Assembly: GCA_017551515.1 (NCBI GenBank)
Contig: JAFZLK010000106.1
Span: 7,723 to 71,722 of the forward strand
DNA from: Bacteroidales bacterium
Lineage (GTDB): Bacteria; Bacteroidota; Bacteroidia; Bacteroidales; ML635J-15
Direction of reading: 5' to 3'
DNA: 64,000 nt
Below are positions 42,780 through 51,559 of the stretch, piece after piece. A program made the position numbers and the translations under genes. The notes beneath the pieces are model-generated. The model was not told the origin of the DNA. It made no database searches and was given only the letters and a program-made list of their open reading frames with translations. Numbering within the stretch: position 1 is the stretch's first letter; every line of letters begins with the position of its first letter.

Positions 42780-45769
42780 AAAAATGTATTGTCATAGGAA
42801 GTGGACTTGGTGGACTATCCACAGGTGTGATTCTAGCAAAAAACGGCTACGAAGTAACCGTTTTTGAGCAAGCCAAGCAAATTGGCGGTTGCCTGCAATG
42901 TTTCTGGCGCAATGGCGTTAAGTTCGAAACAGGAATGCATTTTGTTGGCAGTCTTGATGATGGTGAAGTGCTTTCCAATTATTTCAACTTCCTTGGCATC
43001 AAGGACAAGGTTGAAGTTTCACGTATGGATACCTGTTCGTACAATACCATTTCGCTCAATGGCGAACGTTTTTCCATCGCAAACGGACACGAAGAGATGA
43101 TTGAAAGTCTGGGTAAAAGATTTCCTAATGAAAAGGACAATCTTCGCCGCTACTGGCAACTTGTAGATACGGTGGCACAAGAATCCCCTTTTTATGACTT
43201 GAACCGTATTGACAGGAATCCGCAACTTGACTTACGCCTATTCACAACAAGTATCAACGAGGTAATCGACGAGGTAATAACCGACCCTACTTTGCGCAAT
43301 GTACTTGTCGGGGATATGTCGCTTTATGCAGCTCAACGCGACCGTACACCATTTTCTACATACGCCTTTGTGTCGAACTTCTATAATCGAAGTGCATTCA
43401 GGATTGTGGGCGGAAGCGACAACATTGCAAAGGCACTTGCCGAAGTAATAAAAGAAAACGGAGGCAAGATTTATACTGGCTGCCGTGTCGTAAGAGCTCT
43501 TAGCAAAAATGGTTCGGTAACAAGAGTGGAACTTGAAAACGGAGAATTGATAGAAGGCGACGTATTTATTTCCGATGTACATCCTATGCAGTTGAGCAGT
43601 ATGTTTACAGGCAAGGAATTGCGCCCGTCATTCTATTCACGTATTGAGTCGATAAAGAACACCCCATCGGTATTTTCTCTTTTCTTGAAGTTCACGCCGG
43701 AAGCAATGCCATATATGAATACAAACTTCTATGGTTATTCATGCAATTCGCCATGGGATATGGAAAACTACGACGATAAAAGTTGGCCTCGTGGTTATTT
43801 GTATATGCACCATTGTCACGAGAAGGAACAAAAGTTCGCAAAAAGCGGCGTTATTCTAGCCTATATGCTTGCCGATGAATTGTCGGAGTGGGCACAAACG
43901 ACTATTGGAAAACGAGGAGAAGCGTACGAGGAGTTTAAACGTACAAAAGCGGAAAAATTACTTGATGCCGTTGAAAGGGATTTTCCTGGCCTACGGTCGT
44001 ACATTGAAGAATATTACACAGCAACTCCCTTAACCTACCGCGACTATACAATGTCTCCCGGCGGTTCGATGTACGGTATGGCAAAAGACTTGACTTTAGG
44101 TTTGGCTGGTCGTGTGTCGTACAAGACGAAGTTGCCGAACTTCTACTTGGTGGGACAGAACATAAACGCACACGGAATACTTGGCGTATTGGTCGGAACA
44201 TTGAACGTTTGCTCTGCTCTGCTTGGCGAGGATAAGGTTCATGCGCAAATGCTGGAGGCAAATAATTTGGTTAAATCAGCAGAACAAAAGACGGTGCTGA
44301 TTATCGGTGGAGGTCTTGGCGGTCTTGTAACTGGTGCTTTGCTCGCCAAGGAGGACTACAAGGTGACCGTTCTGGAGAAAAATGCCATAATCGGCGGCGG
44401 TTTGCAGACTATAAGGCGCAAAGGCGTTGATTTTGCAACGGGAATGCACTTTTTTGGAGGATTTAACAAAGGTGATAATCTTTACAAAATCTTTGATTAT
44501 CTTGGCATTGCCGACAAACTGAACCTTATGCCAACCGATGAGAATGCCTGTGACGTTGTAACCATAGCCGACGACAACGCCACATACCGACTTCCCAAAG
44601 GCAAAGAAAATCTGGTGAAATACCTTTCAGGAATTTTCCCAGATGAGACTGAAAACATTAGGCAATATATTGACAAACTTTTCGAACTCTCTCAGGAAGA
44701 AGACCTTTTCTATATGCGCGAAAGGTCTGCGGAACCGAATTTCACATCGTTGTCCGAAGATTTTATCAATCCGTATAACGTATTAATAGACAAATACATA
44801 CATAATCCAAAACTAAAAAGACTTCTTTACTACTTGAAACCGCTTTTTGGTGGTGAGGAAAATACAACTCCTGCATTTTTCAATGCGTTGCTCAGTGTGT
44901 TGCACATTGGCGGTACATTCCAGTTTGTAGGCAGTGGTCAGCAGATGGTTGACTTGCTAAAAAAAATCATTGAGGACAAAGGTGGTTCTGTTATTTCAAA
45001 CGAAGAAGTCACAAATATCGAAGTTGAGGATCATTTGGTTACAAAAGTCGTGACAAAGAATGGCAATTCATATACTGCCGACAGTTACATTTCCGATGTT
45101 CATCCCGATGTTTTAATGAAGATTATCAGCGACAATGCTTTCCCTGCCGCTTTCAGGAAACGACTGAAATTGATTCCAGAATCGACTTCAAGTTTCAAGG
45201 TTTACATAAAATTCAAGGAAAAATCGTTCCCGTTCTTGAACAATGCTAATTTCTACTACAACAGCAACTTAAACTGGCCACAAGGCATAATGTATGTAAC
45301 TCCGCCTGTTGAAAACCAAGGCGAGTTTGCGAAGTCAATGGCGATTATCAGTTTGATGGATTATGCTGATGTCAAAAAATGGGAAAATACCGAAACCGGA
45401 CATCGTGGCGAGGAATATGAACAGTGGAAGCAGAAAACTACAGAAAAAGTACTTGACGTAATGGAGAATATATATCCTAATTTTAGGAATTTCATTGATT
45501 TTTCATTTGCATCTTCACCTCTTACAATTCGCGACTTCTTGGGCAACAAGGAAGGTTCGATTTATGGTTTCCAGAAGGATAGCCGAAACTTGATGCTTTC
45601 GCAAATGTCGGTAACCACCAAGGTGAAAAATCTATTTCTTACTGGGCAGAATGTTAACATTCACGGATTCTGCGGAGTGTCTCTCACTGCAATAGAAACA
45701 GCGGAAGCCCTTGTCGGACACAATACCATCGTAAAAAAAATAAACGAACACTATAATATTTACAAATAA
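42776..45769 (+). CDS. tandem-duplicated CrtI/RetSat-like FAD-dependent oxidoreductase (two about 500-aa halves fused)
   Basis: Two dinucleotide-binding starts: IVIGSGLGGLSTG at aa 5 and LIIGGGLGGLVTG at about aa 508. The halves align along their N-termini. Confidence 0.8.
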   Translation: MKKCIVIGSGLGGLSTGVILAKNGYEVTVFEQAKQIGGCLQCFWRNGVKFETGMHFVGSLDDGEVLSNYFNFLGIKDKVEVSRMDTCSYNTISLNGERFSIANGHEEMIESLGKRFPNEKDNLRRYWQLVDTVAQESPFYDLNRIDRNPQLDLRLFTTSINEVIDEVITDPTLRNVLVGDMSLYAAQRDRTPFSTYAFVSNFYNRSAFRIVGGSDNIAKALAEVIKENGGKIYTGCRVVRALSKNGSVTRVELENGELIEGDVFISDVHPMQLSSMFTGKELRPSFYSRIESIKNTPSVFSLFLKFTPEAMPYMNTNFYGYSCNSPWDMENYDDKSWPRGYLYMHHCHEKEQKFAKSGVILAYMLADELSEWAQTTIGKRGEAYEEFKRTKAEKLLDAVERDFPGLRSYIEEYYTATPLTYRDYTMSPGGSMYGMAKDLTLGLAGRVSYKTKLPNFYLVGQNINAHGILGVLVGTLNVCSALLGEDKVHAQMLEANNLVKSAEQKTVLIIGGGLGGLVTGALLAKEDYKVTVLEKNAIIGGGLQTIRRKGVDFATGMHFFGGFNKGDNLYKIFDYLGIADKLNLMPTDENACDVVTIADDNATYRLPKGKENLVKYLSGIFPDETENIRQYIDKLFELSQEEDLFYMRERSAEPNFTSLSEDFINPYNVLIDKYIHNPKLKRLLYYLKPLFGGEENTTPAFFNALLSVLHIGGTFQFVGSGQQMVDLLKKIIEDKGGSVISNEEVTNIEVEDHLVTKVVTKNGNSYTADSYISDVHPDVLMKIISDNAFPAAFRKRLKLIPESTSSFKVYIKFKEKSFPFLNNANFYYNSNLNWPQGIMYVTPPVENQGEFAKSMAIISLMDYADVKKWENTETGHRGEEYEQWKQKTTEKVLDVMENIYPNFRNFIDFSFASSPLTIRDFLGNKEGSIYGFQKDSRNLMLSQMSVTTKVKNLFLTGQNVNIHGFCGVSLTAIETAEALVGHNTIVKKINEHYNIYK

Positions 45770-45811
45770 ACTTATACATTTGCAATTGTACAAAACATTA
45801 TCTATAAATTG

Positions 45812-47116
45812 ATGGACACTGTAAAACTAAAACTGATATATCCGAAGTGGAATAAGTTGCCCGGACAGACAACATTCAACCTGCCGCCTCACGGACCAGT
45901 AGCATTTGCAGCCACACTGCCCGAATATGTTGACATTTCGTTTACCGACGAGAACGTAGAGGCAATCGACTTTGACGAGGAATGCGACCTCGTTGCATTG
46001 TCGATGATGCTTACAACTCAGGTAAAACGTGGCTGGGCGATTGCCGACGAATACCACAAGCGAGGCAAAAAGGTCATCGCTGGAGGTATTTCCACTATGC
46101 TTCACGCAGAGGAAATGGTAAACCATGTCGATAGCGTATTCCTCGGCGAGTCGGAAGGTCGTTCAGAGCAGGTAATAATCGACTGGAAAAACGGATGCCT
46201 GAAGAAGATATACAACTACATGGGCAACCAGCCGCCAATCGAATCGGTAGGTCCTTGCCGCCGTGACTTGTACAAGCGCGAACTCTACAACCACAAGGGT
46301 GTACAGATGGTTGACCTTTTCCACGCAAGCCGTGGTTGTCGTTTCAGTTGCTATCCTTGCGCAGTGTCGTACCTGGGTGGTAGAAAGTTCCGTCCGCGTC
46401 CAGTTGACAAGGTCGTTGAGGATATGGCAAGCATCGACAACAACCGTCTGTTTATCGTTGATAACTCGCTGGCACAGGACAAGCAATGGGAAATGGAACT
46501 TTTCAAGGCGATAGCACCGCTGAAGAAAAAATGGATAAGCCACACCATCGAGGACGACCCCGAAGTGCTTGACCTTGCAGCAAAAGCAGGTGCTTGGTAT
46601 GTATATCAGGCAGTTTACGATACTTCAGACTACATCAAGGAGCGCGTAAAGAGATACCACGACTACGGAATTGGCGTTGAAGGCACAATTTTACTTGGCC
46701 TTGATAACCAGTCGGTTGATGATTGCAAGCGACTTATTGACTTCCTCGGTGAGATTGATTTGGACTTGGCAGAATTTACCGTAATGACACCTTTCCCGCA
46801 CACCAAGGCATACGACGACTTGTTGCGTCAAGGTCGAATCTTCGATTTCGACTGGAATCACTACAATGCAGGTCAGGTTGTTTTCCAACCAAAGTTGATG
46901 ACACCGGAGCAGTTGCAGGACGTTTACGAATACGCTTGGAAGAGTTTCTATGCTGCCGAAACTCAGGAATCAAAGATGTTCAGATTGTTCTGCAACGTTG
47001 CACTTCGTGAGATGGAAGAAGGTACATATCGTCCACGTAACAGAAAGTTGGCAAACAAGTCGTTTGGTCGCGATGTTGACAGAAGCAAGAGAAATGTAAA
47101 CCTTAGACCAGAATAA
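45812..47116 (+). CDS. B12-binding-domain radical SAM enzyme
   Basis: CRFSCYPC is the CxxxCxxC cluster motif, preceded by a Rossmann-like B12-binding N-domain. 434 aa from the ATG at 45812. Confidence 0.8.
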   Translation: MDTVKLKLIYPKWNKLPGQTTFNLPPHGPVAFAATLPEYVDISFTDENVEAIDFDEECDLVALSMMLTTQVKRGWAIADEYHKRGKKVIAGGISTMLHAEEMVNHVDSVFLGESEGRSEQVIIDWKNGCLKKIYNYMGNQPPIESVGPCRRDLYKRELYNHKGVQMVDLFHASRGCRFSCYPCAVSYLGGRKFRPRPVDKVVEDMASIDNNRLFIVDNSLAQDKQWEMELFKAIAPLKKKWISHTIEDDPEVLDLAAKAGAWYVYQAVYDTSDYIKERVKRYHDYGIGVEGTILLGLDNQSVDDCKRLIDFLGEIDLDLAEFTVMTPFPHTKAYDDLLRQGRIFDFDWNHYNAGQVVFQPKLMTPEQLQDVYEYAWKSFYAAETQESKMFRLFCNVALREMEEGTYRPRNRKLANKSFGRDVDRSKRNVNLRPE

Positions 47117-47128
47117 ATTTTAAAAGCA

Positions 47129-47491
47129 ATGAAAGTTTCAAAAGAATATTACGATGAGATTTTCCCTTTCAAGGGCGAATGGGACATGGAATCATCTTGC
47201 GGACTTAAGATAAGGGAATTTGAAGGCAAAAAATACGTAATTGTAACCGAATTGTACCAAGAAAACCCAGGCACATCGGTAACATACGCAGGCAAAAAGT
47301 TGGCTGACCAGATTTGCGAAGCAAAAAATCTGAAACTGGAGGACATCATTTATCTGGAATGTACGCCTAACACCAATTCAAAGTTGTCGTTTTACGACGA
47401 GGAGTATTTTCAGGTGGATTTCTTTGCCGATATGCAGCACAAGTACCGTCAATTGTCGAAAGACGAAGTTATGAAAATATTGGGAAGGTAA
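47129..47491 (+). CDS. small cytoplasmic protein, unknown function
   Basis: 120 aa, tightly packed between the rSAM and hydrolase genes. I recognise no motif. Confidence 0.5.
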   Translation: MKVSKEYYDEIFPFKGEWDMESSCGLKIREFEGKKYVIVTELYQENPGTSVTYAGKKLADQICEAKNLKLEDIIYLECTPNTNSKLSFYDEEYFQVDFFADMQHKYRQLSKDEVMKILGR

Positions 47492-48351
47492 TGTTGAAGA
47501 AATTAGTGCTTTATACTTTGTTTGTTTTTCTTGTCGGAACAGCCACCGCACAGGAGAAAATCTTTTTGTGGCAGGATACTGGCACAAAGAATTGGAAACA
47601 GACGACATTGACACCATATTTGGCTGAAAATAACACTAGTGGCACAGCTGTAATCGTTTGTCCAGGAGGAAGTTACTTTTGGCTTGCCGAAGAAACCGAA
47701 GGCCATGGCGTTGCAAGATGGTTGCAATCTAACGGAATTTCTGCATTTGTACTAAAATACCGTGTTGCAGGATTTTCAGCATTTTTCTGGAATCAACGCA
47801 CTAAAAAACACGGCAACCAGTACCCCGATATGTTCAACGATGCACAACAAGCAATAAAATGGGTGCGCGAACACGCAAAAGAATACAAAATTGACCCAAA
47901 CAAGGTAGGCATAATGGGTTTTTCGGCTGGCGGACATTTGTCGATGTCAACCGTATGCTACAGCAGTAAGGACCAACGTCCGTCGTTTGCCGCACCGATT
48001 TATCCGGTTGTTACAATGAATCCGCCATACGTTCACAAACGCTCACGTCGTGCATTACTAAACGAACGCAGACAAAACGACCAAACCATGCGCGACTCTC
48101 TTTCGCTCGAAATGCATGTACCTGCCGACTGTCCGCCTGTGTTCTTGGTAAACTGCGTTGACGACCCTACCGTAGAATACCACAACTCTATTTTGCTCGA
48201 TTCGGCACTGACAGCAAAAAATATAAAGCACAAATACATACAATACAAGACTGGCGGTCACGGCTTTGGCGCTAGCGATGAAAAAGGTACAGAAGAATGC
48301 CGTCAATGGAAAAACGAGTTCCTAAAATGGCTGAAAGAAAACATTTATTAA
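47491..48351 (+). CDS. secreted alpha/beta-hydrolase (esterase/lipase type)
   Basis: Signal peptide, GFSAGGH nucleophile elbow, C-terminal GGHGF. Confidence 0.75.
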   Translation: MLKKLVLYTLFVFLVGTATAQEKIFLWQDTGTKNWKQTTLTPYLAENNTSGTAVIVCPGGSYFWLAEETEGHGVARWLQSNGISAFVLKYRVAGFSAFFWNQRTKKHGNQYPDMFNDAQQAIKWVREHAKEYKIDPNKVGIMGFSAGGHLSMSTVCYSSKDQRPSFAAPIYPVVTMNPPYVHKRSRRALLNERRQNDQTMRDSLSLEMHVPADCPPVFLVNCVDDPTVEYHNSILLDSALTAKNIKHKYIQYKTGGHGFGASDEKGTEECRQWKNEFLKWLKENIY

Positions 48352-48360
48352 TGACATTAA

Positions 48361-49662
48361 ATGATGAATAACAACGACATAGAATACAAATCGGTTGAAG
48401 AAATAAAAACATTCCAAGAAGAACTGCTACACAAGTCTCTTGCATACCTGCAGGCAAATTCACCATATTACCAGCGAATGTTCAAGAGCTACGGCATCAA
48501 CATCAACAAGATAAAGCACATCGAAGACCTTGTTAAGATTCCTTTTACAGAAAAGAAAGACCTTCAATTGTTCAACGAGGAATTTAGATGCTGTCCAAAA
48601 GAAAAAATCATCGACTACATCACCACCTCAGGAACCTTGGGCGACCCCGTGACATTCGGCTGTACCGAAAAAGACCTGCAACGGCTTGCATACAACGAGA
48701 AGAAATCCTTCGAATGCGCCAATGTGCACCCAGGCAATGTCGTACAACTTATGACCACTTTGGATAAACGCTTCATGGCAGGACTTGCATATTTCCTCGG
48801 TCTCCGAGAACTTGGTGCAGGCATTATCCGCGTGGGAAACGGAATACCGGAACTGCAATGGGACACTATCAAGCGCATAAAGCCCGACACAATAATGTGC
48901 GTACCTTCGTTCATACTCCGCCTCATACAATATGCCGAAGAACACAACATCGACTACAAGAACAGTAGCATCAGAAGAATAATAGGCATAGGCGAAGGTC
49001 TGCGCGACCAGAATTTCGAACTCAACCTGTTGGGCAAGAAAATAAAGGAGAAATGGGATGTTCAGTTGTTCGCCACATACTCGTCAACGGAAATGGGCGC
49101 AACCTTCTCGGAATGCGAGTACGGAATGGGCGGTCATGTGCATCCGGAACTTATCATAGTAGAAATTATCGGTGAAGACGGATTGCCAGTCCCCGACGGA
49201 CAACCCGGAGAAATTGTAGTGACAACACTTGGCGTGGAAGCCATGCCATTGCTTCGCTTCCGCACAGGCGACATTGCAGCAAAAATTGTCGACAAGTGCA
49301 AGTGCGGACGTAACTCATACCGCCTCACCCCTCTCGTCGGCCGTATGAACAACATGATTAAACTCAAAGGCACAACATTGTATCCACCTGCAATAAACGA
49401 TGTGCTTGACAATACAGATTATGTTGAAAACTATGTCATCGAGGTAAGGCAGAATGAAGCAGGAACCGACGATGTAACAGTAAAGATCGGACTTAAGGAA
49501 GAACAGGATTTCGATGTTGTAAAGGAATTAAAAGACAGTTTCCGCTCGCGCATCCGCGTGGCACCGCAAATTGAAATTCTCCCTGTAGAGGAAATTCAAA
49601 AAATTAATTTCCCCGCCAAGAGCCGTAAACCAATAAAATTTATCGATTTAAGGAAAAAATAA
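48361..49662 (+). CDS. PaaK / F390-synthetase-like adenylate-forming aryl-acid ligase
   Basis: TTSGTLGDP adenylation P-loop-like motif. 433 aa, the size typical of PaaK-type ligases. Confidence 0.75.
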   Translation: MMNNNDIEYKSVEEIKTFQEELLHKSLAYLQANSPYYQRMFKSYGININKIKHIEDLVKIPFTEKKDLQLFNEEFRCCPKEKIIDYITTSGTLGDPVTFGCTEKDLQRLAYNEKKSFECANVHPGNVVQLMTTLDKRFMAGLAYFLGLRELGAGIIRVGNGIPELQWDTIKRIKPDTIMCVPSFILRLIQYAEEHNIDYKNSSIRRIIGIGEGLRDQNFELNLLGKKIKEKWDVQLFATYSSTEMGATFSECEYGMGGHVHPELIIVEIIGEDGLPVPDGQPGEIVVTTLGVEAMPLLRFRTGDIAAKIVDKCKCGRNSYRLTPLVGRMNNMIKLKGTTLYPPAINDVLDNTDYVENYVIEVRQNEAGTDDVTVKIGLKEEQDFDVVKELKDSFRSRIRVAPQIEILPVEEIQKINFPAKSRKPIKFIDLRKK

Positions 49663-49670
49663 GCGCAATA

Positions 49671-50774
49671 ATGTTTGATGATATAAGGCCATATTATACG
49701 GAAGAGATTCCTGCTGCAATGCAAAAAATTGCCGACAGTGAAATCATTCCTCATATAGTCAACTATCTGATGCCAGGAACCGATGTAGAGTCATTTCGCG
49801 AAAGATTGAGAAAAGTCAGAACCACATACGAGTTCCAAAGTGGCATTATATCAGAATGTATTGATATTATTCTAAAAAAGACAACGAGCCAATTCGTCTG
49901 GACAGGAATAGAAAACATTAGCGAAGACAAACCTTACCTGTACATTTCAAACCATCGCGACATAGTTCTGGACGCAATGTTACTGCAATATCTGTTAATA
50001 AAGGAAAATCACAGAACAAGCCAGATAACATTCGGTAGCAACCTTATGCAACATCCGTTTATCGTTGATTTCGGCAAAGTAAACAAGATGTTCAAGACGG
50101 AACGAGGTGGCAACAGAGTTGAATTTTACAACAACCTGACCTATATGTCGAAATACATCAGGCATGTCGTTACCGAAAACAAAGAATCCGTGTGGATAGC
50201 ACAGCGCAACGGTCGTACAAAGGACGGACTTGATGTCACCGACCCAGCCATAATAAAAATGTTCTGGTCGAGCCGAAGGGACGACAAGATACAATCGCTG
50301 GCAGAAATGAACATTACGCCTGTATCTGTTTCATACGAATGGGACCCCTGCGACAAGTTGAAAACACTGGAACTATATCACACAAAAATCGACGGCAAAT
50401 ACAATAAAGTTCCAGGCGAAGACATCACCAGTATCCTAACTGGCATAAAACAGCCGAAAGGAAAAGTAAACTTTCATATCTGCAAAACACTAACTGAAAA
50501 CGACTTACGCAAAATAGACAGTTTGGAAGGAAATTATTTCTCGAACATTGCAAAACAGATTGACGAGCAGATAAACTCAAACTATGCTATAAATCCGAAC
50601 AATTATATAGCGCACGACATTCGTAGCGGAGAAGCGAAATACGCTAACCAATACACCGACGAGCAAAAAAAGCAATTCGTGGAATACATGAATTGGATTG
50701 ATGAATACAAAGACTTGGACAAGAATCTTTTGCGTGAAATTTTCCTCGGCATTTACGCCAACTGCATAAGGTAA
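49671..50774 (+). CDS. PlsC-domain glycerolipid/lysolipid acyltransferase-like protein
   Basis: NHRDIVLD (HX4D) motif. 367 aa. Confidence 0.65.
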   Translation: MFDDIRPYYTEEIPAAMQKIADSEIIPHIVNYLMPGTDVESFRERLRKVRTTYEFQSGIISECIDIILKKTTSQFVWTGIENISEDKPYLYISNHRDIVLDAMLLQYLLIKENHRTSQITFGSNLMQHPFIVDFGKVNKMFKTERGGNRVEFYNNLTYMSKYIRHVVTENKESVWIAQRNGRTKDGLDVTDPAIIKMFWSSRRDDKIQSLAEMNITPVSVSYEWDPCDKLKTLELYHTKIDGKYNKVPGEDITSILTGIKQPKGKVNFHICKTLTENDLRKIDSLEGNYFSNIAKQIDEQINSNYAINPNNYIAHDIRSGEAKYANQYTDEQKKQFVEYMNWIDEYKDLDKNLLREIFLGIYANCIR

Positions 50775-50818
50775 GCAAGAAACACGAAGTCATGATTGCT
50801 CGCTATTACTTTTTGTAA

Positions 50819-50826
50819 TACATTTG
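50819..50826 (+). promoter_or_regulatory. candidate -7 box (TACATTTG) for cutC
   Basis: Lies 16 nt upstream of the ATG at 50843 and marks the likely downstream boundary of the cluster operon. Confidence 0.35.
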
Positions 50827-50842
50827 CAAAAACTATTTAAAC

Positions 50843-51547
50843 ATGACTGTAGAAATTTGCGCCAATTCGGTTCAATCGGCAACAAATGCCGCCAATGGCG
50901 GAGCCGACCGCATAGAACTTTGCCAAAACCTCAACGAAGGTGGCACGACCCCATCGTATGCAACAATAAAATATTGCGTAGAGAAACTTCCGCTCAAAAC
51001 AATGGTGCTTATACGCCCTCGTCCTGGCGATTTCTGCTACAACGATGCCGAATACGATGCAATAAAGGAAGATGTACTTATGTGCCGACAACTTGGCGCA
51101 CACGGAGTTGTCGTCGGTTTCCTTGACAAAAACCTTGACATTGACACCGTAAAAACCGCTGAAATCGTAAAGCTTGCCCGCCCAATGGAAGTTACTTTCC
51201 ACCGTGCATTCGACCGTTGCAGAGATTGGCACAAAGCACTGGAACAGATTATCGAATGCGGTTGCGACAGAATTCTGACTTCAGGGCAATGCAAAACAGC
51301 ACCCGAAGGAATCGACAATCTGCGCGAAATACAGAAACAAGCAAACGGAAGAATAGCTATTCTAGCAGGAAGCGGAGTGAATTCCCAAAATGCAGCAGAA
51401 ATTATCCGTACAACTGGTGTTTGCGAAGTGCATTCATCTTGCAAGCATACCGTTGTGAATCCACAAAAGACAAACATTGAAGATTCAAGCAAATACAACG
51501 AAACTGATTTAGAGGAAGTTAAGCGACTTATTGAAGCCGTTTCATAA
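50843..51547 (+). CDS. cutC: copper homeostasis protein CutC
   Basis: MTVEICANSVQSA..NGGADRIELC start and TIM-barrel layout. 234 aa. Confidence 0.85.
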   Translation: MTVEICANSVQSATNAANGGADRIELCQNLNEGGTTPSYATIKYCVEKLPLKTMVLIRPRPGDFCYNDAEYDAIKEDVLMCRQLGAHGVVVGFLDKNLDIDTVKTAEIVKLARPMEVTFHRAFDRCRDWHKALEQIIECGCDRILTSGQCKTAPEGIDNLREIQKQANGRIAILAGSGVNSQNAAEIIRTTGVCEVHSSCKHTVVNPQKTNIEDSSKYNETDLEEVKRLIEAVS

Positions 51548-51559
51548 TAAAACAACAAC

